Positions 39,786-54,349 are shown, counted from the stretch's first letter. The stretch is DNA of 64,000 nt from Lama glama (GCA_028534125.1 CM052817.1:56298001-56362000); one strand, 5' to 3'. Made by a program: numbers and translations. Notes: generated from the letters alone by a model not told the origin.

Positions 39786-42700
39786 GCATCATGTTGATGT
39801 ATACTCTTTCTGGTCCACTGACGAAGCCAAGTGCACCACACTCTCCCACAGCACGATATTTGTGTCCCCAGACCTCATTGTAGCTCTTGCCAGCACAGTA
39901 CTAGAGAAACACAATCAAACATTTACTCTCTGCTTCTCCATCTTCATGCACTTCCATTTGTGCTCTCCTCCTCTCATCAGGAAGTCATCCCGACTTAAGA
40001 AAATCTACTGAGCATACACTATGCACTATGAATTAGAATAAGCATGTTTTGTGTATTAATTCATTAAATTCCATAAAATCCTCATGTGATAATGATTATC
40101 TATGGATGTATTTATATAGAAGTTATACTCACACTTTATAAATTAAGACTATAAACGTCTATAAGTGGTTTATGTAGGGTCTCTAAAATGGATGTGTTAG
40201 AGCAAAGGTTTGAGTCAGGATCTGTGTGCTTTCTGAAAAAGCCAACTAATCTCATTAACTTCATACATGTATACATTTAAAAACTAATTACCAGAAGCTA
40301 ACTGTATTTTCAATTATCTGAACATAACACACTGCAGAGTTCCTCTATAGTTGCCTGTGTTACTGACAATATATTAACCTAGAACTACTTATACTAAGCT
40401 TTGCTGAGATCAGAACAGGTCCCAGGCACTGGAATGAGAGTAAATCCACAGGTGTAGGTGAAGTGGTCCTACCTGCCCAAGGTGGAGGCTTCGGGCAAAG
40501 GCAGAAGCCGCATGTGTGTGCTGGACTTGTGTGTTTGCATACGTGTACATGTAAGATCCTGAGTAAATGGGTAGATCTGACAAATAATAGGTTTCAATGG
40601 CTACTTGGCTTAGTCTTTTATTTAGGCCAAACTTCAGCTTTTCCTGTCATATATCTATTACAGATCTGTCTCATTTAGCCTGCATATTTATTTTAATTCT
40701 TCACAATTTTGAATGCTGTTGGTACAGCACTGCCTTTCAATACAAGCACATAATCAATATGTTCTAATCTAGAATAGCTTTGTTCTACTCTATAACATTC
40801 ATATGAAATAAACAGGCCCTTAAAAGTGGGGAACAACTTAACGCTAGATAATCAGAAGCAGCAGTCAGCCCCTAATGGAGATATGTTTATTGTCTTCAAC
40901 TTAATAATTATACAACTTGTAAGCACTCCATTTTTGCTATTTAAATGTAGCACTAGTTTAAGATATTACTCTCTAGTTATGCATTTTATATGATAATTTA
41001 TAATACTTCATTTGTATTTATAATCATGGTTGGGATCAGCTGTAAATTCATTATGCATACAAAGTTTAAATAAATAGTTAGAAAATCACCTGAACAAATC
41101 AGCAGAACAACCAGGCACGTTGTATTTTGCAATTAGTGACAGATGAAGTTCTTAAAATCCAGTTTATTTTGCACAAGGGAAAAAAAAGTATGTAGTTATG
41201 AGAGAGCCCTTTCTAAGCTATCTAAATCACCCGTGATTGGCAACTTACTCTTTTGTATACAGTTCTATTTGGTTGATTTTGCATATTCTGTCAATTAAAT
41301 GTGCAAGAAATTCCTCTCAAAGGCGCTTTAAATGAATGGGGTTATCAGAGAAAGTCCAGCCTTAAACCTTAGGACAAGAACACCGGCCTTGTACCATATT
41401 GTTTTGAACTCTCAGTCCTCCTGGAATGGAAATAGGTTTTACTTCAAGTGGGGGCTTGAATAGATTAGAGTTCTGTATTGAGTAGAGTGTGCATATTTTG
41501 GCTTACAGAGAAAAATACCCTGATGGGGCAGCAGTATCAGTTCTGTTCATGGATGGTCCGTGTCTGTTATACATGCCATATTTTGTCTACCCTATAATCT
41601 CCTCAGAAATCTGCCCCGGGGGCTTCTATCTGACAGAAGCTTTCCAAGAGCCAGTGTGTGACAGAAAGGCATCAGAAGACGAATAATTAAAATTCTTTTA
41701 CCATGTCCCACTTAACAGCATTAATGTTACTGACAATCCTAATGGCCCAATGCCTTCTCCATTTTAACAGCCCTTCCATGAGGCCCCTGCTAGGTCTAGG
41801 CAGACTGTCAGTGTTTGGTCCCTGTGTGTCTCACAGGGTTAACCACACCACCTGCTAAATGAAGAACTAAGCAAGGGTGGGCTGCTAGTCTGTTCTTTCT
41901 ACTTTCAATCCCCGTTGAAAGCAGGAACTCTGAAATTGTGCGTGCGTGTGATGTGTGTATATACATATATGTATCTATATGTGAATCCAAATATAATCAT
42001 ATTGAGGGGAAGGTTTTTGCATATTATAGCAATATGAAAAGCACATGAATAACAGAAATAATTTATTTCTTTATTGTATTTTAAATAGTATTTATATAAT
42101 GATTTTATTGTTTATTTTTTTTAAACTGTAGATTTTAAGAATACACAGAGACTCTGATTGGAAGGTTTATATTATTGCTGGAGACCTTACATTCTGATTT
42201 TATTTGATAACTACATCTACCTATATACATACAGATGTATATGTATATAAATTTTTATATTGTATGTATGTGTATGTGTGTATGCATTTTATGGTAAGTA
42301 TAGGAATAATTATAGCTATAGAGATGTCACTTTAATCTTTAATCACAGTAATATTTAGGTGTATATAAATTATTATCAAGTAAGGAGAAAGGTCCTGAAA
42401 AACTGTGGGAGGGGAGACCATAATAGATGCATTTTGAAGAGTGACAGTATTTAAATAATGAAAACAGAACCCTGGGTGAAAGTATGAATATACTGGTGGT
42501 TCTGGTTATACATCTGTGACAAGTAAAGATTGTAGGAGTTATTTTAATACAAAGGAGAAGATGAATGCTGCAGTTTTTACAGTGTATTAGGACAAATACG
42601 GTTATTCTGTGTTTGATGTACACGGGCTCAAGGTTTAGAAAACAGCATTATAATGTTGACAGTCTCATCATCAGTCAGGCTATTAAGATTACAGTACAAG

Positions 42701-42982
42701 CCACAGTTCTCACAGCAAACACAGAACCAGCACCTGCCCTACCTGTAAAAGGAGAATAGGGATTCATCAGTCACATCAGTGCTATCGGATGACTTTCTGA
42801 AATTTAATGTGGTCAGATAGATTTGATTCACAGTAGCGTGATGTCCACTTGACCTCTGCCTTTCTAAGCTAGGCTGATGATACACACACCACGATCCATA
42901 CTAGCTCTTAAAATAAAGGTATAAACACCAGCTGGTGTTTTCACAACTGACCAGATTTTCCTGCTCCATCCTACCTCACTAT

Positions 42983-43089
42983 TCCCTTAACCACTATAAC
43001 CACAATCACACACACACACACACACACACACACATCCCTTAACCACTATAACCACAATCACACACACATGCACAAACACACACACACAC
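42983..43089. repeat. Two-copy tandem duplication (52-bp period) containing (CA)n
   Basis: tcccttaaccactataaccacaat(ca)n starts at 42983 and again at 43035. Confidence 0.92.
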
Positions 43090-43847
43090 TTATTCTTGCC
43101 CCATTTATGTATTTTCTTGTTTCTTCAGTGATTAAGCTGACTCTAAAAACCAATTTTTCATACTAATTTTACCACCTTAAAATGGTGACTTTCCACTTTC
43201 CGTATCCTCAGAATTGATTAGGTTTCTGAAATTTATCATGGTTTTGTTTCAGTCTTTAGTTTCTGTGTCCCCTATAGTACTGTATACAAAATCCTAAATA
43301 CAGTCTCTGGCACTGAAAGCTCTTCTCCTCACCCTAATCTTAATCACCTCCACTATTCTGGGAATGGAAAGGAGTAGAATGGATATGGGATATAGATGGT
43401 TTAAGTTTGCAAATTCATAATGCCTATAAAGTTAAAATACAAAAATGTTAATATACAAAAATAAGAGGAACAGAATTTAGAAAATCTCAGGCATGACTTT
43501 TATTAACTCATCTCTTAAATACAGAAATATTAGGCAGGCAAAATAATTTTTAAATAGAAACACAACTCTAAGCAATAATATCAGAAGATATAACTTGTTA
43601 CGAAAGAATGACAGAGATTGGTTAAGATCTGAAGTGTCCAAATTATTCGTATTATTAAATGGTCAATCTTGCCTAAAATTTTGTATTGTTTTACAAAAGT
43701 ATAAAGTAATTTACTATTTTTGTGTATATTATTAATGAGATACATTGACATGACTGTGGATTCTGTTATCCTTTCTTGATAATAATTGGATAAATTTCTG
43801 AAAATACTGAGGAGCAAGCCACATGAATATCTGTATAAGAGGCATTA

Positions 43848-44312
43848 CAGGCATACCTTGGAGATATTGCAGATATGTTTCCAGACCCCAATAAAACAAA
43901 CATCACAATAAAGCAAGTCATAGGAATCTTTTGTTTCCGAGTGCATATGAAAGCTATGTGTACACTATACTGTGGCCTATTAAGTGTACAATAGCGTTAT
44001 ATCTAATGAAGCTATGTGCATACCTTAATTAAAAAATAATCTATTGCTAAAAAATGCTAACCATGATTGAGCCTTCAGTGAATCATAATCTTTTTGCTGG
44101 TAGAGGATTTGAAGTATTGTGAGAATTAGCAAAATGTAACACAGAAACAGGAAATGAGTAAATGATGTTGGAAATGGCCCCAACAGACTTGCTTGGCACA
44201 GGATTGCCACAAACTTCCAATTTGTAAGAAAAAAAAAAGAAAGGAAGAAAAGAAAAAATGCAGTATCTGTGAAGCACAATAAAGCAAAGTGTGATAAAAC
44301 GACACCTGCTTG
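43848..44312 (-). mobile_element. Internally deleted Tigger1 derivative (TcMar-Tigger)
   Basis: ta|caggcataccttggagatattgcag...aagcacaataaagcaaagtgtgataaaacga: both Tigger1 ends within ~465 bp. Confidence 0.88.
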
Positions 44313-44572
44313 GACAGATGGGGGACAGCAGATACAAGGACTTAGAGATTCAAGGACTAGCCTGGTATGATCAGAGCCAAATGAACACAGAGAAGAGTTT
44401 CCTGTATTGCTACTGAACAATCAGATGACTGTACACATCACTTTTTCCCCTCTTTGGAAGCATTTAGGTCTTGTCTTTGTACTTCATATTCTGAAGTTTC
44501 AAAGTATAGTAGTTTTCAATCCAGAGACACGTATCCCTCAATTATTGGGAAATTTGCTTTAAAAAATATATC

Positions 44573-44770
44573 CAGTTGACCCTCGGTATCTGCAGGGGTT
44601 GGTTCCAGGACATCTCACAGACGTCAAAGTCTGCAGGTGCTCAAGTTTCATACAGTTGTTCCTCCATATTCACGGGCTCTGCGACCACAGAGTCAACCAA
44701 CTGGGAATCCATCACGGTTGGCTGAATCCACAAGGTGGAGGCAGAACCTGTAAATACTGAGGGCTGACTG
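44573..44770. mobile_element. MER2/MER8-like Tigger MITE
   Basis: TIRs cagttgaccctcggtatctgcagg ... cctgtaaatactgagggctgactg|ta. Confidence 0.85.
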
Positions 44771-45214
44771 TATTGCTTTTAAAAATCTCACACCCAGCTT
44801 TACCTCTGTTGTCTTTTTTATTCAACTCTTATTCTACCAGATGCTGGATCTCCAGTTTTTATCTTTCAGTTTTCTTATCTCTTACTTCTTATTGTCCATG
44901 TTTTTATTTTCTGTAAAAATTTCTTTAACTTCCAATGTTTGTATTAATCTTAGAACATTTTATTTGTGTTATCAGATACCAAATGTCCTTTCTTATTCTC
45001 ATATGCTTCCTTTAATAAAGATTTCTTTCTTATTTCATCAGAGCAATATCTTCCATCATCTCTCTGAAATCAGTTTTTGGATGTAATTTTGCCCCGCATT
45101 TTCAGTTCGGTATCTATCTCTATACTATCTTGTGACTTCTTTCCCCAATCTCAGTCCCTCTGTTGTTCAGATTTTCTATGGAATAATCACCTAGAGTTTA
45201 GAGTTTAGAGTTTC

Positions 45215-45460
45215 AGATCACATGGTCTCTGTTGAAATTACTCTGCTCTGTCATTGTAGCATAAAAGCAGCCATAGACAATATATAGATGCATGAGTATG
45301 GTTGTATGGCTGTGTTCTAAAACTGTATTTATGGACACTGAGATTTAAATTTCACATATTTTTAATTAAATTTTTTTCAACTATTTAAAAAAATAACAGC
45401 TTGAGGTCACACAAAAAGAAGCAGCAAGCTGAATCTGTCCCCTAAGGCTATAACCCCTGC
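45215..45460 (-). mobile_element. MER58-like hAT-Charlie element
   Basis: 'gtctctgttgaaattactctgctctgtcattgtagcataaaagcagccatagacaata...tatttatggacactga'. Confidence 0.8.
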
Positions 45461-46109
45461 TCTGAAAGAATAAATAATTGCCTACGGACATATAAGTAGT
45501 CTGATCCAGGATTAAGCATAAATCCTTCACATTGCAAAGGTAGTTCTCTTTCTATTTTAATTTCTATACGATCCTACCAAACCCAGAATCAAACATTTCT
45601 CACCTCTTTTTTACAAAGCTCTAATTTAGCCTATTTAAAAAAAAAAAGATAGAAATACCAATGTAGAAGGAGACAGAAAACATCTGAAATGATTTTTATT
45701 CTTCTTTTGTTCCTTTTCAAAGGCAGTGTCAAGTGGTATCTAGATACTGCTCACATTTTCCTGCCCTCTGTCTGAGGGTGAAAATCTTCAAATTTCTGCC
45801 TGTCTGAAATCCAGCCACTGACACAGTTCACTTGTGTAGGGGTATAGGATGATATTCTAAAGGAAGAAGTCAACTGACTACTTTTATTCTTTAACACAAG
45901 GCAGAAAATGGGAGGTCTATAAAAATATTTAAATACCTTTTTTCAATCTTTAAAACATGAATAGTAAACAGAAATCTTTTATAGAAACATAAAAAAATAA
46001 GTAAAATTTCCCATGAAAGAAGCTGTTAGAATTGCAGATATTATAGTTCTCTTTTACTAAAAATAAATGGCCATAAGGGACACAAAGACCTTGGCCTACT
46101 ATGTTACTT

Positions 46110-46507
46110 ATCACTGCTGTTTGCTAGATGTCATCTGGTAGCATGACATTATTCCCTGTCCCCTTGTACTTTGGGGGACCAGGTGATCATTCTAGTCAAT
46201 GAGTTATGAGGAGAAAGTGGTGTGTGTCATTTCTAGGTTGGGCATTTGTTTCTATTAAATCCTCTGTTATATAACGTTTATCAGAACAACTGGATATATT
46301 CTGCACTGTGGCTCCTCCAACATCCCGGGTCCCACGCTGAAAATGATGACAACATGGAATAGATATTTGGAGGGAATAACATGTATAGCGAATAAGAAAT
46401 AAGCCTTTGCTATTTTAGGCAACTAAAGGTTTGCTCTAGAGCCGAGGGTGTTGAGGAGGGGAGGTGTTTGTTACTGTCACATTACTTGGCATTTCCTAAC
46501 TGATGTA
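46110..46507 (+). mobile_element. MaLR MLT1-type LTR (old)
   Basis: 'tctagtcaatgagttatgaggagaaagtggtgtgtgtcatttct...aagaaataagcctttgctattttaggcaact'. Confidence 0.7.
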
Positions 46508-47821
46508 TCTATCTGGCTTAAGTCCAAAACCTGTTAACTCCATTACCCTTTTGTAATAAGGACAACCATTTTTATGTGTTTATTTGAACTCACAAAGAGG
46601 ATTTTACTGAGGGTATCTACTTCCACGTGCTATTTTCCAAGTGAATATGCACAATACATGTGGTTATATTTGGCCTGCAGTGATCTTCCAGATCTATCTG
46701 ACCTACTTTATCACGGATTACCTAGTGGGATTGACTCTGCTATAATGTCTATTTTCTATATGCTACCCAGAGCAAAGGAACAGGCTTGAGAGTATAATTC
46801 TCAGATTCCTGACTCCCCAAGTTAAACTCTAGCCATATTTGATGTTGATTTGCCATATTTATTAATACTAGCTTCTTAGAACATACTTTTTTGTTACAAA
46901 TTACAACAAAAATTAATATAAGGAAGATATCAGCTGAAATACTCTGTCTTTTGAGATTCAAATGAAAATGCCTCCTATCCCATAAGTCACTGGACTGCCC
47001 CCCCCCCGGCCCCTCATACTCTGGCTGAAAGATGACTGTGGAACATTTATATTGAAAAAATAACATTTGAAGTTACCAAGAAGGAATGACTGTCCTTTGT
47101 TGCTTTGCTTTTATTTTAAACATCTGTGTAAAAATCTATTGTTGTACAAAATTAACAAAATAAAGACACCCTGTTTATGTAATAATATGCCGTTAATAAA
47201 ATCATAGGGTGAAAAAGAGCCCCTGAATGGACAGGCAGAATTTGAAAAGAGAGCAAAAAATATAGATGACATGATTGCTGTTAAGAGAAAAGGAAGAGTG
47301 AGTGGACATGCACTGGAATATTACAACTAAGGACAGTGGTTTTTAAAGAGTGAATGCTTAGCATTTTATTTATTTTTAATGTGTGCAAAACCAGTTGGAG
47401 ACTTTGTTTTTGCTACTGATGTTTTACACCCTAATGAAAGCAGTTAAACTATGTAAAGTGATTAAATAGTTTATGCATATAAGATATCTTTTCATGCCAG
47501 AGTCAAATCCCCAAGCCTAGATGTGGCAGGTGAAGTTATGAGAATCCAGTGGGAGAAACTGCACACTTGATTCTTGAGAGATATATCTGTGAGGTAAGGT
47601 TTTACACATGAGAGAAGAATAAACTCAGTATTGAAGTAAAGAAGGAAACCAGTAGAACAATAGGGAAATTAAGTCAAACTCTGGCTTAACAAATGTGAAA
47701 TTATAGAATTATACATCACACAACTGTCCTTTAAATCTTTTTTTTTAATGTCATTTCCAAAATATTATTATACTCTCAGGTATATCTTTCTTATTTCTAT
47801 TTAATAATAAAACATTGATTA

Positions 47822-47944
47822 GAGGGGAGGATACAGCTCTGTGGTAGAGTGCATGCTTAGCACGCACAATGTCCTGGGTTCAATCCTCAGTACCTCCACT
47901 AAATAAATAAACCTAATTACCTCCCCCCTCAAAAAAAAGGCAAA
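47822..47944 (+). mobile_element. tRNA-derived camelid SINE (Vic-1-like)
   Basis: Same head and tail as 28275-28422. Degenerate TSD aaaacattgatta / aaaatatttatta. Confidence 0.9.
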
Positions 47945-50900
47945 AAAATATTTATTAATATCTTTAGATTACATTTTTCATCTCTTTTGTCACTGGATTG
48001 TACTTTTAGCATAATACTAGCAAATACTCCTTATTTGCAACTATAGAATTTCAGTTATAATATCTACTAATATTGAGAAAGCTTTTAGGACTGCAAAATC
48101 AATTTATTTTATTCAGTTCAAATATCACACAAAATAAACCTATTATATGTTGATGGTGAGCCAAATATAGCAAGAAACTTGTTAAAACACCTGAGGTCTT
48201 AGGAATGAGTATTTGAAAGAAAGATGAAAAGGAATTCAGATTTATTAAAATAGCAACAAAGGATGATAGCATCTTGCATAAGCGAGGAACAAAAAAATCT
48301 ACAAGCACCTGTTTGAACAATGTGATTAAAATAAATAACGAGAACTTGCAAAGAAGTACTATGTTCTATATTCATAAAGCTTTAAAATGAATAAAAGAAA
48401 AATAATTAAAGGAAAACCATAGATATTTTACAGATTATTTTAAAGTAGTGATACTGGCTTTCTTTCATAACAAGTCACCCTAAATGTCACTATACCAATA
48501 AATGAAATTCCTCTATTGTACCTGATTTCTGAACAAATTTGATCCATGAAGGAAAATCACTCTTACCCATGAACCCCATCTACCTTAATCACTGTACTCC
48601 ATCTGAAAGAAAAAATAAATTATATTTTCCAGATGTCAGTTTGTGTTTATACTGGGAATGTTCATGATGCTTATCAAAATAATTTATAAGTAATCAAAAT
48701 ATTAAGAAATATACATTCAGATATGAAAAGATACACATTCTCTTAATTCTCCCTTTTACACAGAATAGGTATTTTACAGGCTCAGAGAAGAGATGGAATA
48801 TTGTTTTACCATCTACCCTACCCCAAAATGTCCACTTAACAGGGGAAATAGCTATTAAGGAAGAGCAGTCATAGTGAAGTTAGAGTCACTTTACAGTTTG
48901 ACTTACATTTACCAGGACACCAATGAAGAGGCCAGAGAACAAGTGGGAATAAAAAACTTTGAATACAAAACTTTACAAGCGCACAAGATAAAAGTGATTA
49001 AAATGTGGCTGATTCAGTGCAACTTAGTGAGTGTTCAGATATTGGATGGAGGACTAAAATTGGAGTAAGAATTAAACCTACAGAAGCGGCAACAATAGTA
49101 ACCACCTTGGTTGGTTATAAGTTCAGAATTAAAAATAAAAATAAATTATCGTTTAAAAATACCCTCTTTCTTTCCCACCACATTGTTGGCTTCTTAGTCC
49201 CGCAGAGAAGTGGTGGGAACACTGATGTTTTCTCTGTGTCATCATTAATAGCAGTTATTGCTGTCACCACTCCCCCCAAAATCGAGAAACATAAAAATTA
49301 ATCCTTAATTAGCCGCAAATGTTTTCACTGATTTTGTTCTTCTTCTGCAAACCTTGTTAGCAATCTGTGATAGGAAATCAGAATTTTTAAAAACAAAATA
49401 ATACTTGATTTTCCTTCAAAAAGATATTTATCATCCCAGGCATTAGACAGATGTAGAAAAAGGCAAACCCAGTGTATGTATATATGCAAACAATGATGCC
49501 AATCAGGAAGGGGTTGCGTAGATACTGATGATGAAGTCTAATGGATACCAAAAAGCTGTTTTCTTTTGGTTAATCATTATTCATGATCCACAAACATTAG
49601 GCTTTCAGTCCAGTGTTACAACGTGTCCGTTTTAATTAGCACCACAGAGCAGTGAAGAGCTACAGACTCTGCCGTACATAACTATTAATTGCTCTCTACA
49701 ACTGGAAGCAAAGGTAGAAAGAAATGATCTCACTGGAAACAAGAATTTGTCACTGACTGCTCATCGTTATATCCAAGGAATGTTTTTCTTAGATTTTCTT
49801 CATAAAATGCTTTAAGAAAAACAAGCTTTTTCACCAATTTTAAAAATACAAAATATTTTAACTGATAATCCAATCATTTAAATGTAATTATTCAAATAAA
49901 TATGTATGATTATTTGTTTATAAAAGTGTTGCCCATTGGCATAAACATTGAATTAATTTTCAAGATTAGAATTACCCAGTTTATAAATTAAGGATTTGGA
50001 AACTCTCAAGTATTTATTAAGAATCCTTATATTGGTAACTTATTTTTCATTTGGGTTTCCAATTTGTTGAATAAGTATGTTAATATAACATGGAAAAGGG
50101 ATTTATTTGATGAGATTAAAGGGCATAGGAAAAATAAGAAATTAAATAAAACTTGCTTATATTTCATGGCTTTAGGCTAAAATGCTAATACTTGACGGCC
50201 ATCTTCAATTCCCCCCCACCCACCTTAAGCTAACTGATTATACTATGTATAGGTTAGAAGAAAAACACTCCTGCTGCTGGGATGACAAAATTCCATTTTG
50301 AGTGCTTTATTGATGATAGTTCATTAGTGCAATGCTTAATAGAGTACAAAATATCACATTTATTTTTCACGTATTAAATAGTATAACATGTATTAAAAGA
50401 AATTTTTACATAAGTCAAAGCAGCAGAGAGTCTGAGTGAGAGAGAGAAATGTAACTTTAATAGACAACTGGGAGGAGCAGTACGTGAAAGAACACAATGG
50501 GTTAAGAGAGCATTTGGCAGTCAGGGACTAAAATTTGGCAAAGTTGGAGCACAATTCTGCCTTGGCATAGAGGGAACAGAGGATGGTTCAAAAGACTGTC
50601 TTGTGAAGAACCTTCCCTATAACTGTATTTGACCCATTAAGTGATAATCTGTAAGTCACATTATATCACATTGCCTTACTCATCTTTCTGGGGCACCAGC
50701 CCTGAATAGCAGGTAGAATTGTAACTGGGACAAAATGGCCTGCTATTGGAAGGTGTTCAGATCTTGTTTAGAAAGAATATATAGGAGGGGAACAGGAAGC
50801 AAGGAGTCTCTCTTCTTAGTCTATAGAATATGGGCTCCCCTGTGAGAAGAGAATATTTAGAACATACGCAGCTCAAATCTCATTCTAGTGACAATGATTC

Positions 50901-52624
50901 AGGGTTATGCCCTCCTTGAATTTGTGCTAAGATGCCTAATCAAGGTTTCGGCTGCCTTTTATTTTTAACTTTAGGAAGAGATGAAGAAGGACTGAGAGAG
51001 AAAGAATTTACTGTACTGAATAACTTTTGACAATGATTTTCATTCTAAACGATTTTTAAAAGTGGTGTTATTCTTGGCCATTATCTAGGATCCTAAAATA
51101 CTTTCAGCATAGTGCACTATTCATTATAATGATGTTCCTCTTATAATGGATTTAGAACTCATTTGATCAGAAATAGCACAAAGCTGGATTGGATAAACAC
51201 AAATTTTGCTGAAGTTATGAAAAAAGACCCATTATCCTAAAAGTTTCCAGGTGGCAACAGAATAGTTTATATTGCTTGCTCCTTGAAAATATCTTTGAAA
51301 ATTCAATTTAAAGAGTTTATATTGCCATAAGAAATATTCTGGTTTGAATAGAATTTGTAGCAAATATTATTTTTCTAATAATTGCAGAAGAATGGAGGTC
51401 CCCAAAACCAACTCATAAATGAGGATATATAAATGCAGACCAAGATATTGTAAAATGTTTGACTTTTATTACACGTTATTGATAACTCATTGAAAAGGAA
51501 AGAAATCATATATTTGGGGCTTTCCATGTAGATTTTCATTTTACCTCTTTTATATCTGCTGTGATTTAATTTTTAGTCTAGCTTTCTTTTTAGCTTTCTT
51601 TTCAGAGCAATTCTTTTTTATGTTTGCCCAAAATAATTATTTTGTAAAGAAAATATGTACCATACCATAATCATGCCCTAGGGATATGATCCTCTTCCGA
51701 TTCACAGTGAAAACTGTTTATGGCTGAGCCATGTCTTCATATAGAGCCCCTTTTAAAATTGTGTTCTATAAATCAGACATTTGAAATTACGTCAACTTAT
51801 TTTTTTTTAACTTTAATGACATTACACCTTATTCTTAGTGTTTCCAGTCCGTGGCATTCCTTTCCTTTTTAAAAATTTCATTTCACAATATCCTTCTAAG
51901 TGATAGCAATTTTAACTTCTAATTAGCTGAAAACATCATCTGTTGAATGATCTGTTTTCTTTCCTTTCTCTGAAGGATAAACATTCCTTCTCTTTTCAAA
52001 CTGTAAAATTCTCATTAATAACCTGCTTTTATGATGTTGGCTTATATTTATAATTCGCTGCAGTACTTTATCGTGCACTGGACCAGGTTTCATCCCCTTA
52101 ACAGAAAATTTTCAGTAAGGACAGAGCATATTGGGAGACAGTTTTCCTCTTTGCCACCATTTATATTTTTCTTATAAGCTTTTTATTAAGAAGTGGCCTG
52201 TCTTATTTTATGCACTGTTTTTAGAGCCCTCTACAATTCAGATTAAGTAACCTTCTTAAATGTATTTCATATAAAGTAAAAAGTTTTATATTCCAAGATT
52301 TACTTAATTTTACACAGAATACCTTCATGGCTGTCTCCTAAAATGGGAAACTCCAATTTTCTTACATTTCACATTTTATTTTAAAATAAATCTGAAAGTA
52401 ACCTGCTTATTCTACTTAAAAATATTTTTTTCAACTGATCTCTCTCTTCTTACCTGTCATGTTGATATGTTTTTCAGCATCAAGGACCATAGACTCTGGA
52501 ACCTAAATAACTTATCTGTACTTGTTTGTTTTCAAAAGGCATAACTGAATTTGTCAATGTTATTTTGACAGTTCATTTTAGTTTTCTTTCATTGGATGTA
52601 GCCTGACTGTAGACTACCGAAGAG

Positions 52625-52628
<4 letters not shown>

Positions 52629-52670
<42 letters not shown>
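52629..52670. repeat. (TG)n microsatellite
   Basis: Read directly from sequence. Confidence 0.97.
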
Positions 52671-52673
<3 letters not shown>

Positions 52674-52693
52674 TTTAGATTTTCAGAGGCAAA

Positions 52694-52893
52694 CACTTCA
52701 AACTCATTAAATAATTAATGTTTTCACCAACAGTAAAATCACAGCTAATTATCCAGTATCTATGCACAGTAAATCCAGCATGTTTGTTGTGGTGATCAAT
52801 GTCATTGTTTGCATTTGCTTATTCCACAAGCACTAATGATTATTTTAGACAGCATTCAGTTCTGTCAGACTAGAAACAGGTTACAAGAAACAA
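52694..52893 (+). repeat. Copy A of a diverged local direct repeat
   Basis: Colinear with 58194-58399; shares actcattaaataattaa, caacagtaaa, gtcattgtt.gcattt, ttccaca and atgattatttt. Confidence 0.85.
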
Positions 52894-53494
52894 CACTGTT
52901 AGAAACACCTTTTCCAAAGCACTTAAGTTCAGTTAAAATACTGTTTTTTCAAAATCACAAGCCTATTTTTATAGTTGAGCAGATACTAGTATTGCACAGA
53001 ATCAGTTCAGTGGGCTTACAAAGCAATGTTAATGACCAGTTTTTTCCCGGAATAAAAACTTGTTCTTTTTAGTCACAAGCAAACACCAGTGACTTTCTAA
53101 CAGAATTAAGAAAATGATTTTTGGTATACCATTACCGCTCCCATGTTTTAATTAATTCAAGTGTTGTCTTTATTGTTGTTGTTTTGACTGCAAACACAGG
53201 AGGAAACCACTAATGTACAAACACTGTGCTATTTTCATAAAAGAAAAAGAAGGGATGGATCTATATAAAATGACTTATTATTATTGATTTTTGTAATAAG
53301 AAATTTTACAAGCCCTTATAAATTTTCAAAATAGTTTGCCAATGTCTTTGTTAGCTTTAAATACATAAATTCTACACACTACATTGTTTTACCTTAGATG
53401 TTGTTATAGATAAAATCTATTCTAATATTTAAAACAGATTAAGAAATTATTTTAAAATGTTTTAATATCAATTTTAAAAAATTTTGTTAACATT

Positions 53495-53760
53495 TTATTT
53501 TTTAGAGCAATTTTAGGTCACAGCAAAATTAAGGGGAAGGTACAGAGATTTTTCCATATATTTTTTCTCAACACATGTGTAGCCTCCTTATTATCAACAT
53601 CACTCATCAGAATGATATATTTGTTACCAAGGAGGAACCTACATCGACACATCATAATCACCCAGAGTCCATACATAGTTTACCTCATTCACTTTTGGTG
53701 CTGTTCATTGCACGTATTTGGATAAATGCCTAATGGCATATATCTATAATTATAATAACA
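53495..53760 (-). mobile_element. L1MC-like 3' end
   Basis: 'tttttagagcaattttaggtcacagcaaaatt...acacatcataatcacccagagtccata'. Confidence 0.8.
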
Positions 53761-54347
53761 GAGATATGGAAACAACCTAAATGCCCATCAAGGGGTGAAT
53801 GAACTGAGTAATATTCTGTCATGTATATATACACTCACCATATATATATGATGTGTATATATACATGACAGATTATTCAGCCATGAGAAAGAAGGAAATC
53901 CTGCCATTTGTGACAACATGAATGAGCCTAAGGATACTATGCTGAGATATCAGACACAGAAAGACAAACACTGTATGATATCACTTATATGTGGAATCTA
54001 AGAAGCCAAACTCATAAAAACAAAGTAAAATGGTGTTTACAAGGCACTGGGTGGAGGGTAAATAGGAGAGATGTTGTTTAAGGTTACAAACTTGAAAGGA
54101 GTAGTAAGTCTTAGAGGTCTAATGCTCAACATAGTGAACATAGACAACAATATTGTATTATGATCATCAAACTTGCTAAAATACTATATCTTAATTATCC
54201 CAATTGCAAAAAAATGATAAATTACATGATGTGACAGAAGTGCTAACTATAGCTACAATGGCAATCATATTATAATATATAAATGCTCCAAATTAACATC
54301 TTGTACAGTTTAAATTTACATAACGCTATATCCCAAATACATTTCAA
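53761..54347 (+). mobile_element. L1MA-like 3' end
   Basis: 'aaggaaatcctgccatttgtgacaacatg...atatcacttatatgtggaatcta...ttaaatttacataacgctatat'. Confidence 0.85.
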
Positions 54348-54349
54348 CA

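Noticed and set aside
52454..52502. 49-nt minus-strand exon (VPESMVLDAEKHINMT) and overlapping RE1-like ttcagcatcaaggac
   Set aside because: The acceptor lacks a pyrimidine tract and the RE1 right half is poor.
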